Shown here piece after piece: positions 30,140 through 39,449 of a stretch of 64,000 bases of DNA. Below the pieces are notes generated by a model. That model was not told the origin of the DNA. It saw nothing but the letters and a program-made list of their open reading frames with translations, and did no database searches. Source of the DNA: Fibrobacteria bacterium (lineage in GTDB: Bacteria; Fibrobacterota; Fibrobacteria; UBA11236; JADFYW01); NCBI GenBank assembly GCA_050294405.1, contig JBNKOC010000004.1, positions 128,001 through 192,000 of the forward strand, written 5' to 3'. How positions within the stretch are numbered: position 1 is the stretch's first letter; every line of letters starts with the position of its first letter. Both the position numbers and the translations under genes were made by a program.

Positions 30140-30927
30140 CCCTTAAGGCAGCATAACATCATTTTATAAAAGCCCGGGTATACCCTTTCCAGATAGCCTT
30201 TTGCATCGGTATTCCAGAGCCTTTGGGTTATTTGCAAATGGTCATTTGGTATTTCATAGGGCATTTTTTTTAAAAAAGGATCGTAGGGCAATTCTAAGGT
30301 TATAACCTTAGGGCTCCTAAATTTATTGAAGTTTAAAGTATAACCCGCCCACATTCCCAGTGAACCTTTTATATCCTTGTCTGGGCGCAAATCCAAATTA
30401 GAGTTTCCCATAAGGGTCCTATAAAGGGGCTTATCGTCTGCGGGTAAAGATCTCCACATTTCAAATACTGTGGAGTTTGCATTGGGGGAATCCGCTTCAA
30501 TGTAGGATAGAGCCCAATGTATATTAACAATGACATCGGGTTCCAATTGTTTTATTAATTCTCCCAGGACTTGCGACTCTCTTTCTGAGAAAGCTTTCTG
30601 TCCGTGTTTCCCACCGGGCTTAAATTCCCATAAACAGTTAAAATTGCGGTTTAAATCCACTCCTCGGACATTTTCTCTTTGGTTTAACTCATAGCCCTCG
30701 GGGTTAGCAATAGGAACCGCGCCGACCACTGTATTATTTTGCAATGCACGTTTGGAAATATCTTCCATAAAACGCGTCACAAGGGGAGGGCCTGCTCTCT
30801 CATCCCCATGTATGCCTGCAATAATTAAGCAGCTTGGAAAATGAACCGGGTAGCGCCAGTAGGCTGTTGAAAAAAACTCAAGAGGTTTACCACCAGAAGT
30901 GGTAGCGAGGGTTCTACACTCTAGCAC
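30136..30927 (-). CDS. M14 zinc carboxypeptidase, MpaA-like
   Basis: GIHGDE, NPEG, DLNRNF, NIH and TLEL motifs. Confidence 0.88.
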   Translation of the reverse strand: MLECRTLATTSGGKPLEFFSTAYWRYPVHFPSCLIIAGIHGDERAGPPLVTRFMEDISKRALQNNTVVGAVPIANPEGYELNQRENVRGVDLNRNFNCLWEFKPGGKHGQKAFSERESQVLGELIKQLEPDVIVNIHWALSYIEADSPNANSTVFEMWRSLPADDKPLYRTLMGNSNLDLRPDKDIKGSLGMWAGYTLNFNKFRSPKVITLELPYDPFLKKMPYEIPNDHLQITQRLWNTDAKGYLERVYPGFYKMMLCCLKG

Positions 30928-31229
30928 AATTCAAATTGGATGGGCTTTCCTCGGGAAAACTGATCTACCAACTCGGCTATTTCCCCCTTTAATTTTGCAT
31001 CGAGGCGCAAAAATTGTACACCCACTTTACACCCACCCACTTGTTCCCGGCAATAAATAACTCTTGCGGAAAGTTTATGGCTATTGAGCAGAAGGTTTAT
31101 TTCACCACCTTCTTTAAGGGATTTTTTACTTAAAAAAGCGGCTCCACTTTCACTTAAATCTTTTAGCCCAAAGGGCTCTAAATGGTCTGGTTTTAAAAAC
31201 TCAATTCGATCGCTGCGTTTTTGGGGCAT
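30921..31229 (-). CDS. PilZ domain protein
   Basis: QKRSDR (non-canonical RxxxR), DLSESG, ARVIYC and VGVQF. Confidence 0.85.
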   Translation of the reverse strand: MPQKRSDRIEFLKPDHLEPFGLKDLSESGAAFLSKKSLKEGGEINLLLNSHKLSARVIYCREQVGGCKVGVQFLRLDAKLKGEIAELVDQFSRGKPIQFELC

Positions 31230-31365
31230 TTCTTATTCCTTAATTGAACCACCCTATCATTGTACTATTTGAATTTAAAACTTTGGGATGACAATTATGA
31301 AAAAAATTCTAAAAAGGGGAAAAATTTTCCTGGGAGGAATAAAATTCCTATGCTCCCTATTCTTG

Positions 31366-31392
31366 TTATCGGTAATTTCCTTAAATTCCTTA
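31366..31392 (-). promoter_or_regulatory. Sigma28-type promoter facing the PilZ gene
   Basis: Minus strand reads TAAG-N15-ACCGATAA. Confidence 0.65.
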
Positions 31393-31411
31393 AAAAAATA
31401 AAGCATTTTTT

Positions 31412-31428
31412 TTGGAACAGGGTTTGCA
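31412..31428 (+). promoter_or_regulatory. Sigma54 (-24/-12) promoter of flgB
   Basis: TTGGAACAGGGTTTGCA: GG-N10-GC with TTGCA. Confidence 0.75.
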
Positions 31429-31441
31429 TTGCTTAAACAGC

Positions 31442-31861
31442 ATGGATTTAAGAAGTTACTTATTTGGTGGATTTACCAGGCAAGCCGTATATAAAAGCCT
31501 GGATGCCAGCGCCATGAGAGACCGCGCCATTTCTCAAAACCTGGCCAATGTTTCCACACCCGGATACCGCAGAAAAGAAGTCTCTTTTGAAGAAGAATTG
31601 AAAAAAGTAATGGAATTAAAATTAACCGGAAAAACCACAGACCCGGCCCATCTGGAAATATCCAAACTGGCCGAATTAAAGAAAACCGAAGCCTATGTAT
31701 ACGAGGCCAATGACCCAACTCTCCCGGGTGAAGTTAACAATGTGGATGTGGATATCGAGGCCTCAAAGATGGCCGAAAACCAAATATTTTACAACTACAC
31801 CTTAAAATTTGCCGGGTTCAACGGATTTAATGCAGCCATAACCGGGCAGCCATCTCAATAA
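31442..31861 (+). CDS. flgB: Flagellar basal-body rod protein FlgB
   Basis: R..AISQNLANVSTPGY, VSFEEEL and NNVDVDIE..KMAENQ motifs. Confidence 0.93.
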   Translation: MDLRSYLFGGFTRQAVYKSLDASAMRDRAISQNLANVSTPGYRRKEVSFEEELKKVMELKLTGKTTDPAHLEISKLAELKKTEAYVYEANDPTLPGEVNNVDVDIEASKMAENQIFYNYTLKFAGFNGFNAAITGQPSQ

Positions 31862-31899
31862 AACCCATAGTCTTGGGAAAAAATGATTAAATTAAGGCC

Positions 31900-32409
31900 A
31901 TGTTAGCTTTATTATTAGTCATTTTATTAATGCTGGCTTCATTAGGCCTCATGATTTTAAGCGTATCGCCGCTGTTTTTACAAGCCATCATAGCCACCGC
32001 ATACATACTACTCGGAGGCTCTTACTTAAGCTGGCCCTTTGTTATTTTTGTGTGGCTTCTGGCCGCCTTTGCGGAATTTATAGAATTTTATGCCGGGTAT
32101 AGGGGAGCAAAAAAAGCCAAGGCCTCTAAACGGGGAGCATGGGGAGCTCTGATTGGAGGAATTGCGGGCTCTATCTTAGGCACTCCACTATCACCACTGG
32201 GGCCCATTGCCGGAGCATTTATAGGAACATACATAGGCTGTCTTCTCTTAGAGATAACAGCCAAAACCACGTTTAAAACAGCCCATGTTATCGGATGGAA
32301 AGCGACCCTGGCCAAGGTTTGGGGAACCGCCTTTAAGCTTTCCTTTGCCATTGCCACAGTGTTTGCCACGGCTATATATGGATTTTGGAAATGGTTTCAG
32401 GCAAGTTAG
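31900..32409 (+). CDS. DUF456-like membrane protein
   Basis: GAKKAKASKRGAWGALIGGIAG and GAFIG..E motifs; multiple TMs. Confidence 0.8.
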   Translation: MLALLLVILLMLASLGLMILSVSPLFLQAIIATAYILLGGSYLSWPFVIFVWLLAAFAEFIEFYAGYRGAKKAKASKRGAWGALIGGIAGSILGTPLSPLGPIAGAFIGTYIGCLLLEITAKTTFKTAHVIGWKATLAKVWGTAFKLSFAIATVFATAIYGFWKWFQAS

Positions 32410-32432
32410 GAATCCGCCGGATTTAAGTTTTG

Positions 32433-33692
32433 CTATGGCAACTTGCTCAGAGCTTTTTCAAAGTCTTCCAATAAATCTTCTGTATCTTCTATGCCTACGG
32501 AAAGCCGAATCAAAGAATCGTCTATGCCCATGGACTTACGCCTTTCAGCTCCCATTTCAAAGAATATAGTGTGGGCCACTGGAATGGCTAAGGTGCGGTT
32601 ATCACCCAGGTTACTGGATATAACTACCAATTTTAAATGGTTAAGCAGCCCCATGCAATCCAGGCCTTCTACAAGTTCAAAACTTAAAAGAGCCCCTGAT
32701 TTTTTAAACAATTCATTGGCCAAATTATGCTGAGGGTGGCTAGGAAGGCCAGGGTAATTCACCTTTTTTATTTTTGGGTGGTCGTTTAAAAACTCAGCCA
32801 GCGCCTGGGCATTATCGGTGGAGCGCTCCATGCGAAGAGCCAGGGTCTCTGAGCCCAAAGCTATCCGATGTGCATCTTCGGGGCTCATGGCTGCTCCAAA
32901 ATCCCTTAAACCTTTTTTACGAATTTGAACCAAAGCCCACTTTTTAGGGGGCTGGCTTTTATATATATCTAAGATGTTTGGGAAGTTTTCCCAATTAAAA
33001 AGGCCCGTGTCGCTAATTCCTCCACCGAGGGCGTCTCCATGACCGCCTATGTATTTGGTGAGAGAATTTACAACCAAACTCGCCCCTACATTTTTGGGCT
33101 GAAACAAGTAAGGAGATGTCATGGTGTTATCCACCAGATACACAATGGATTTTTCTTTACAAAGCTTTCCAATAGCTTTTAAATCGGCAATCTGAGTTAC
33201 CGGGTTAGCAATAGTTTCTACCAGCACCAACTTAGTGGAAGGTTTTATGGCATCAGATACATTATTAACTTTTGTGGCATCTACAAAATCAATGTCAACT
33301 CCAATACCCTGCATGGTATTCAACAAACTATTGGTGTTTCCAAATAAAAAAGAACTGGAAACAATATGGTCTCCCTTTTTAAGCAAGGCCAAACAAATTG
33401 CGCCAATGGCTGCCATACCTGTGGAAAAAACAAGGCTCCCCACAGAGTTTTCCATGGTGGTTAATTTTTCTTCAAGAGCCGTCAATGTGGGATTACCCTG
33501 ACGGCCATATGCATAGCCACTCGCTTTACCCTGAAATACAGCAGCCAGATCCTCCGCTTTTTCATATCCGAAAGCAACGGATGTATGTATGGGTTTGTGA
33601 AGGGAGCCATGTTCGGGCCCTCCCACTCTATCCGAATGAAGTATTTTTGTAGTTATGCCCAAATTAGGGGAATTTAAGTCTTGTTTTTCCAT
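32433..33692 (-). CDS. Cystathionine gamma-synthase / O-acylhomoserine sulfhydrylase family PLP enzyme
   Basis: YGRQGNPT, ETIANP, VDNT, SLTKYIGGHG and IRLSVGIE motifs. Confidence 0.92.
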   Translation of the reverse strand: MEKQDLNSPNLGITTKILHSDRVGGPEHGSLHKPIHTSVAFGYEKAEDLAAVFQGKASGYAYGRQGNPTLTALEEKLTTMENSVGSLVFSTGMAAIGAICLALLKKGDHIVSSSFLFGNTNSLLNTMQGIGVDIDFVDATKVNNVSDAIKPSTKLVLVETIANPVTQIADLKAIGKLCKEKSIVYLVDNTMTSPYLFQPKNVGASLVVNSLTKYIGGHGDALGGGISDTGLFNWENFPNILDIYKSQPPKKWALVQIRKKGLRDFGAAMSPEDAHRIALGSETLALRMERSTDNAQALAEFLNDHPKIKKVNYPGLPSHPQHNLANELFKKSGALLSFELVEGLDCMGLLNHLKLVVISSNLGDNRTLAIPVAHTIFFEMGAERRKSMGIDDSLIRLSVGIEDTEDLLEDFEKALSKLP

Positions 33693-33781
33693 GAAAGCCA
33701 ACCGAAATTTTAATTAGTAGAATTTAAAGATATTAATTTTTAAGCAAAGAGCCCCGTACTGGAAGGTTTATAAACACAAAA

Positions 33782-34753
33782 ATGGATAAATCCAAAAAAA
33801 TACTAATCACTCTGGGAGATGCAGCTGGAATTGGGCCAGAAGTTATTGTAAAAACCTTGTCCCAAATCAGCCCTGAAGAACAGCAAAATATTGAAATTTT
33901 AGGTGAAATCTGGCCACTGGAATTAGAAGCCACCCGGCTTGGCCTTTCCCTGGAATTTAGCACTGCCTTTGAGGAAAACAGCAAAAAAATCAAGGTAAGA
34001 GAGTTTGGTTTGCTAAGTTCAAAAATGATAACCCAAGGTCAAATAAATCCTAAGGCCGGAAATGCAGCCTATCATTATTTCGTAGAAGCTATCGAACAAT
34101 GTGAGGAAAAAAAGGCGGCCGCTATTGTAACCGCCCCTATTCATAAAGAGGCCTTAAACCTGGCCGGGCACAATTTTTTAGGACACACAGATATTCTGGA
34201 AAAAAAACTAAGCACTCCTACCGTTATGTCTCTTTGGCACCCAAAGTTTATTGTTTCCCATGTATCAGACCACGTGCCTCTTAAAGAGGCCATAAACATG
34301 GTAACCGCCAAGCGATTAACCCATGTTATTGAACAAACCCGCAATAGTCTTGTTAAAATGGGGATAAAAAAACCTGTTATTGCTGTTGCCGGATTAAACC
34401 CCCATGCCGGAGAAAATGGAATTTTAGGGCGGGAAGAAATCGATATTATTATTCCCTGTTTAGAGAGACTAAGAGAAAAAGGCTACAAAATAATAGGGCC
34501 GGTAAGCGGAGACACCATGTATTATTCCGCCTTAAAAGGAAGCTATCAGGGATTAATAGCAATGTATCACGATCAGGGATTTGCTCCCATGAAAACTATT
34601 GATATGCCCAATTGCGTCAATTTCACCTTGGGGCTACCTTTTGTGAGAACCTCTCCCGACCACGGCACCGCTTTTGACCTGGCCGGAAAGGGATCCGCCG
34701 ACGCCAGTTCCATGTTATCAGCTTTAAAGCTAGCCCAAAAATTAATCGCCTAA
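33782..34753 (+). CDS. pdxA: 4-hydroxythreonine-4-phosphate dehydrogenase (PdxA family)
   Basis: GDAAGIGPE, TAPIHK, LNPHAGE, MYHDQG and RTSPDHGTAFD motifs. Confidence 0.93.
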   Translation: MDKSKKILITLGDAAGIGPEVIVKTLSQISPEEQQNIEILGEIWPLELEATRLGLSLEFSTAFEENSKKIKVREFGLLSSKMITQGQINPKAGNAAYHYFVEAIEQCEEKKAAAIVTAPIHKEALNLAGHNFLGHTDILEKKLSTPTVMSLWHPKFIVSHVSDHVPLKEAINMVTAKRLTHVIEQTRNSLVKMGIKKPVIAVAGLNPHAGENGILGREEIDIIIPCLERLREKGYKIIGPVSGDTMYYSALKGSYQGLIAMYHDQGFAPMKTIDMPNCVNFTLGLPFVRTSPDHGTAFDLAGKGSADASSMLSALKLAQKLIA

Positions 34754-35436
34754 TCAGCTGCCATTTTTAGCATTTGATCTTTAAAATTTTGAGTTGCCTT
34801 GCTGATGTTACTGGATTTAAAAATAGCCGAGCCCGCAACAATAACATTGGCTCCTGCTTCAATCGCCTCATGGACATTATCCGCCTTCCAGCCCCCATCC
34901 ACTTCAATGTCGATTTCTTTGCCTAAGGCATCCACTTTGCTTTTTAACTGTCGCACCTTGTCCAGACAATAGGGCAACAGTTTTTGCCCTCCAAAGCCGG
35001 GATTAACGGTCATAATCAATACCAAATCCAATTTGGGAAGAATAGCATCCAATACATCCACGGAGGTGGACGGGTTTAAGGAAATTCCCGGACGCATACC
35101 CAAATCAATAATTTGCTGAATGGAAGCATCCAAATGGGTAACAGCCTCATAATGTATGGTAACCCCCCCTACCCCATACTTTGCAAATTGTTCATAATAT
35201 ATTTCGGGATGGTACACCATTAAGTGGCTGTCCAGATATATGGAGCTGTTTTTGCGAACAGCTTCAACCACAAGCGGCCCAAAGGTTAAGTTTGGCACAT
35301 AGTTTCCGTCCATAATATCCAAATGGATAAAATCAGCCCCGCCGTTTTCCGCCGCCTTCAATTGTTCCGCTAAATTGGAAAAGTCCGCACTGAGAATGCT
35401 CGGAGCAAGTTTTAATCTGTTTGCCGGATATGCCAT
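34750..35436 (-). CDS. rpe: Ribulose-phosphate 3-epimerase
   Basis: APSILSADF, HLDIMDG, VNPGFGGQ and VDGG motifs. Confidence 0.97.
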   Translation of the reverse strand: MAYPANRLKLAPSILSADFSNLAEQLKAAENGGADFIHLDIMDGNYVPNLTFGPLVVEAVRKNSSIYLDSHLMVYHPEIYYEQFAKYGVGGVTIHYEAVTHLDASIQQIIDLGMRPGISLNPSTSVDVLDAILPKLDLVLIMTVNPGFGGQKLLPYCLDKVRQLKSKVDALGKEIDIEVDGGWKADNVHEAIEAGANVIVAGSAIFKSSNISKATQNFKDQMLKMAAD

Positions 35437-35450
35437 AAATACTACCTATA

Positions 35451-36203
35451 TTAAAAAAGAAAAATATTCTTCTTTTGCAAAATGCTCAAAAAATCATCGG
35501 TCAATTCCGCTGAAATACCGTAAATATTTTCCACTGTATTTATAAAATCATTTTTATTTAGCTTTTGCATTTGAGAACCATTAACTGTCCTCACCATTAA
35601 ATTGGATTTTTGCAAATAATACTGTTTTTCCCCAATTAATTTGTTTAGCACCGGGTAATCCATCATTTCAAAATAAAAAGAGGACTTCCAATAATTAAAA
35701 AACTCCTCCTCGCTAAGCGGCCTTAGATCAAATAAAAACCGAAAGTTGAAATTTCCCGGGCGGCCTGTGAACAGCTTCAACCCAGCTTCACTCACTGCAT
35801 TTTCCAAAAAAACTCCGTTGGGCCGAATTTCAAAAAAAAGGCCTGAGCCTTGAGGCGGGACATGCAGAGCTTCGAAGATCATATATCCCGGGTCCATCAA
35901 ATATTTTTTGTTGGCGTAGTCCATTATAAGGCCACAGTGGATATTTTTCTTTTGGCCCTTATGTGCAGTAACATAGTAACAGGGATAACCCAGCCCTTCC
36001 AGTTTTTCTTTTAAGCTAAAGGTAAGGGAATAGCAAGTACCTCCCGCCCCCAATTCCAAAGCTTTTCGCTGGAGTTTTTCCGTAGTATCCAATACCTCAT
36101 TCCACTGAGGGTTTTTCCAAAAAGCCACAATTTTGCTGAGGTTTTCGTAGGGTATTTGCTTTAAATCAAGCAAAGCCTGTTTTACATCAAGGGGTAATTC
36201 CAC
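35451..36203 (-). CDS. Arylamine N-acetyltransferase family protein
   Basis: IPYENL, GGTCY, IHC and DPG (Cys-His-Asp triad). Confidence 0.85.
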   Translation of the reverse strand: MELPLDVKQALLDLKQIPYENLSKIVAFWKNPQWNEVLDTTEKLQRKALELGAGGTCYSLTFSLKEKLEGLGYPCYYVTAHKGQKKNIHCGLIMDYANKKYLMDPGYMIFEALHVPPQGSGLFFEIRPNGVFLENAVSEAGLKLFTGRPGNFNFRFLFDLRPLSEEEFFNYWKSSFYFEMMDYPVLNKLIGEKQYYLQKSNLMVRTVNGSQMQKLNKNDFINTVENIYGISAELTDDFLSILQKKNIFLF

Positions 36204-36251
36204 AGGGAAAATATAACAAGGGGCGATAAGAAATCGAAATGAAGGAAAAAA

Positions 36252-36599
36252 TCAGGCTTTTAACCTGTCCATCATTTCATTATCCGAATAAAATATTTCA
36301 AAAATTTTAAATACGCCGGATTCTTTTAAAATTTTATCTACGGTGGCATGAGGTTTTAGAAGAAAAACGGTTCCACCTTCTTCTTTATAACGGCGGTGCA
36401 AATTAATCAAAACGCCCAAGGCCATAGAATCTATATATTCAATTTTATGGAGGTCTACGATAAAATTTTGGTCTTTTTCGGGTTTTAAATTCTTTTCAAT
36501 AAATGCGGAAAATTCATTTACCATATCCAAATCCCATTCCTGCTGCGGGGTAAGAACCACACCAAAATCTTTTTCTTCAATAATCCAATTAGAATTCAA
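36252..36599 (-). CDS. STAS anti-sigma-factor antagonist
   Basis: IVDL..IEYIDSMALG with the phosphoacceptor Ser. Confidence 0.88.
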   Translation of the reverse strand: MNSNWIIEEKDFGVVLTPQQEWDLDMVNEFSAFIEKNLKPEKDQNFIVDLHKIEYIDSMALGVLINLHRRYKEEGGTVFLLKPHATVDKILKESGVFKIFEIFYSDNEMMDRLKA

Positions 36600-36607
36600 G
36601 TATCCCC

Positions 36608-36958
36608 CTAATTTTTCTGCAAGGCGTTTTCGACTTCTGAATCCTGATATTGAATTTCAAAAAAGGAATGTAAACCAATGTCCTGCAACAGTTTTTCAAT
36701 AGCTTGGGAAGGCTTCAGCAGAAATATGCGCCCGCCCTGTTTTTTTATTCGTTTGGAAATAGAAATTATTATCCCAATAACCATGGAATCAATATGATTA
36801 ACATGGCGCAGGTCGAAAATAAAATTTTTATGGCTTGCGGGATCGAAGCTGGTTTCCACATAGGTTAAAAATTGATTGGCGATATCCAAATCCCAATCAT
36901 GCAATAAAACCAATTGGGTTCCATAATCTTTTTCAATTATTTCCCAGTGTTTATCCAT
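36608..36958 (-). CDS. STAS anti-sigma-factor antagonist (paralog)
   Basis: IFDL..VNHIDSMVIG; shares W.I.EKD.G and WDLD with its neighbour. Confidence 0.88.
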   Translation of the reverse strand: MDKHWEIIEKDYGTQLVLLHDWDLDIANQFLTYVETSFDPASHKNFIFDLRHVNHIDSMVIGIIISISKRIKKQGGRIFLLKPSQAIEKLLQDIGLHSFFEIQYQDSEVENALQKN

Positions 36959-37003
36959 GAGCTTAAATTAAAATGTTCCTCCCTGTGGAAGCAAGCACCC
37001 TTA

Positions 37004-37483
37004 TCAATTAAGTTGCTGATGTGTGGCTATTAAAAACCCCAAATTATAAGACCACATTTCATCTGTGACATTATCCGAGGTGTTGGACACTATTAAATCT
37101 CCCGAAATGGACTTTAACTTCCTAGATATTTTAACCAATCTACTTCTGTCATGCAAATTCAATTTCAGCACTTGGGAAAAATCAAGGCAAATGTGTGTTT
37201 TACCCTCTTGCTGCCACTGGCTTACCACTTCAGTGATTTCATCAGTGCTGGATAAATTCTGAACAGTTTCCCAGGCAACAAGGCTGTAATCATGAATAGA
37301 AGCTTTGACTTTGTTGCGACGGCGGTGTTTTAATTTGGCAAAATGCTGGGGAGAGTTTAACCTCCAGGTAGTGCGGCATTCACGACAAACTATTCTGGAA
37401 CGAACAGTTATTAGCCGAACCACATATTGGAACCCCTTATCGTGGTTGTATACGTTATCAGATCCACAATTTGGACAATGCAT
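37004..37483 (-). CDS. Zn-ribbon plus STAS-like fusion protein
   Basis: CPNC...CREC; C-terminal ICLDFSQV...G.LIV STAS-like segment without the DS motif. Confidence 0.7.
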   Translation of the reverse strand: MHCPNCGSDNVYNHDKGFQYVVRLITVRSRIVCRECRTTWRLNSPQHFAKLKHRRRNKVKASIHDYSLVAWETVQNLSSTDEITEVVSQWQQEGKTHICLDFSQVLKLNLHDRSRLVKISRKLKSISGDLIVSNTSDNVTDEMWSYNLGFLIATHQQLN

Positions 37484-37497
37484 TTGTAGTTATTTTA

Positions 37498-38574
37498 TTA
37501 TTTCCGCGCAGCCCATTCCATAAGCAAATCTAAAATTGTTAAAGCTGCCATTGCTTCTACAATAACCACTGCCCTGGGTAAAACACAGGGATCATGCCTT
37601 CCCTTGGCTAAAAATTCAACTTCTTTTCCTTGAGCATTCACCGTTTGCTGGTTTTTAATAATGGTTGCCGTAGGCTTAAAAGCAATTTTTCCATAAATGG
37701 GCATGCCGTTGGTGACGCCGCCTTGAATTCCCCCAGAACGGTTTGTGCGGGTAGCCACCTTATCCCCATCCATAAAAAACACATCGTTGTGCTCGCTACC
37801 CTTCATATAGCTGCCTTCAAATCCACTGCCTATTTCGAAACCTTTGGTAGCTGGAATGGATAAAAAAGCCCTGGCTAATTCTGCCTCGGTTCTATGGAAA
37901 ATGGGTTCGCCCACGCCAGGAGGGACATTTTTGATTAAAAAAGTTACGCTTCCCCCTAAGGAGTCTCCCTCTTTGCGGGCCGCTAAAATAGCCTTTTCCA
38001 TGTGAGCTGCTATTTCCAAATCTGGAGCCCGGACTTTATTGGACTCAATTATTTCTGGATTGACAGATAAAAAATTACCGCTAAATTCGATACCGGCCAC
38101 ACGAGAAACATAGGCCAAAACATCAATATTCCATTTTTCTTTTAAAATCTTTTTGGCAATAGCTCCTGCTGCCACCCGGCCAATTGTCTCACGGGCAGAA
38201 GAACGACCGCCCCCCCGATAATCTCTATTACCATATTTGCTATGATAAGTATAATCGGCGTGACTGGGCCGAAAAACCTCGGCGATATTAGAGTAATCCT
38301 TTGAGCGTTGATCCGTATTTTTAACCAAAATACTAATTGGAGTACCAGTTGTTTTGCCCTCGAACATACCCGATAAGATTTCCACTTTGTCCGCTTCGTC
38401 GCGCTGAGTGGTAATGTCAGATTGACCGGGTCTTCGCTTATCCAATTCCTTTTGGATATAAGCCTCATCCAACTCAATTCCTGCGGGGCAACCATCTATA
38501 ACAGCGCCAACAGCTGGCCCGTGGCTTTCCCCCCAGGTGGATACGGTAAATAGTTTTCCCCAAATGCTGGACAT
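37498..38574 (-). CDS. aroC: Chorismate synthase
   Basis: GESHG, RRPGQS, RSSARET and GRHDPC motifs. Confidence 0.98.
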   Translation of the reverse strand: MSSIWGKLFTVSTWGESHGPAVGAVIDGCPAGIELDEAYIQKELDKRRPGQSDITTQRDEADKVEILSGMFEGKTTGTPISILVKNTDQRSKDYSNIAEVFRPSHADYTYHSKYGNRDYRGGGRSSARETIGRVAAGAIAKKILKEKWNIDVLAYVSRVAGIEFSGNFLSVNPEIIESNKVRAPDLEIAAHMEKAILAARKEGDSLGGSVTFLIKNVPPGVGEPIFHRTEAELARAFLSIPATKGFEIGSGFEGSYMKGSEHNDVFFMDGDKVATRTNRSGGIQGGVTNGMPIYGKIAFKPTATIIKNQQTVNAQGKEVEFLAKGRHDPCVLPRAVVIVEAMAALTILDLLMEWAARK

Positions 38575-38591
38575 AGATTTAGCCAGTAAAT

Positions 38592-39449
38592 TTACAATTT
38601 TTTTTCTAAAAACTTAAGAATTTCAGCGTAAATGGCTTCTACTGGGGGGTCAAAACCAAATGAATCTACAACTTTGCATGTGGTTTTGTGTGGGTTCCAC
38701 CAATACTCGTACTTTTGGCGATTGGTTCTGCCTCTGGCGTATTTTTTAGTGTCCGTCCAAACTAAATGGGGAGTTTTACACAGACTGGCCAAATGCATGG
38801 GACCGGAAGAAGGCCCAATTAGAAGTTTAGTTGAGGCAAGTAAATCCATGGTAAAGCTCAAATCCCTATTCCGGTAATCCCCAAAATTTGAGAACAAATC
38901 CAAGGTGGCCGAACTAAGGCCAATGCATCCCAAATTTAAATTGGAATCCTGGAGCTTTTTTAATAGCTGCTCCCATTTTTCTTTACTCCAATTTCTATCG
39001 CTACCAAAATTTCGGCCGCGGGGGTGAAACAAAATATCTGTTTTTAAATCCTCATTAATAGATCCGTATTCTATAAAATGCTTGCGAATATCCGGCTGCC
39101 AGCCCACTGTGGGCAAATGATCCATGTCATCCGTTATTTGAGACATCACTCTTTGGTATTCTTCGGGATTAACAATATCAAGAGCCTTATTGCATTCGGC
39201 AGTTCCTTGGATGTTATGGGGAATAAAATCACCGCAAAAATCCGCATAAAGCGATTCGTTGCCTTTTCGGCAACTCACTATAATTTTTTTGTATTGCGGC
39301 GAAAGCCAGCGCAAAAAGCTTTGCCAATTTAAAAGCTCCCAACCGAACTCCCCCAGCCAGGGACCGGCAAATAGGATTTCTTTTTTTTGTCCGCGTTCCC
39401 GGAGAAAGTTAGGCCGAAACACCCAGCTTAAAATATCTCGCCGAATCAA
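38592..39449 (-). CDS. Glycosyltransferase family 9-like protein
   Basis: RNWS.EKW..L and LLIGPSSGPMHLA GT9 C-terminal motifs. Confidence 0.75.
   Translation of the reverse strand: MIRRDILSWVFRPNFLRERGQKKEILFAGPWLGEFGWELLNWQSFLRWLSPQYKKIIVSCRKGNESLYADFCGDFIPHNIQGTAECNKALDIVNPEEYQRVMSQITDDMDHLPTVGWQPDIRKHFIEYGSINEDLKTDILFHPRGRNFGSDRNWSKEKWEQLLKKLQDSNLNLGCIGLSSATLDLFSNFGDYRNRDLSFTMDLLASTKLLIGPSSGPMHLASLCKTPHLVWTDTKKYARGRTNRQKYEYWWNPHKTTCKVVDSFGFDPPVEAIYAEILKFLEKKL

Noticed and set aside
33693..33781. SAM riboswitch upstream of the Met/Cys PLP enzyme
   Set aside because: Short AT-rich divergent intergenic region without recognisable aptamer motifs.
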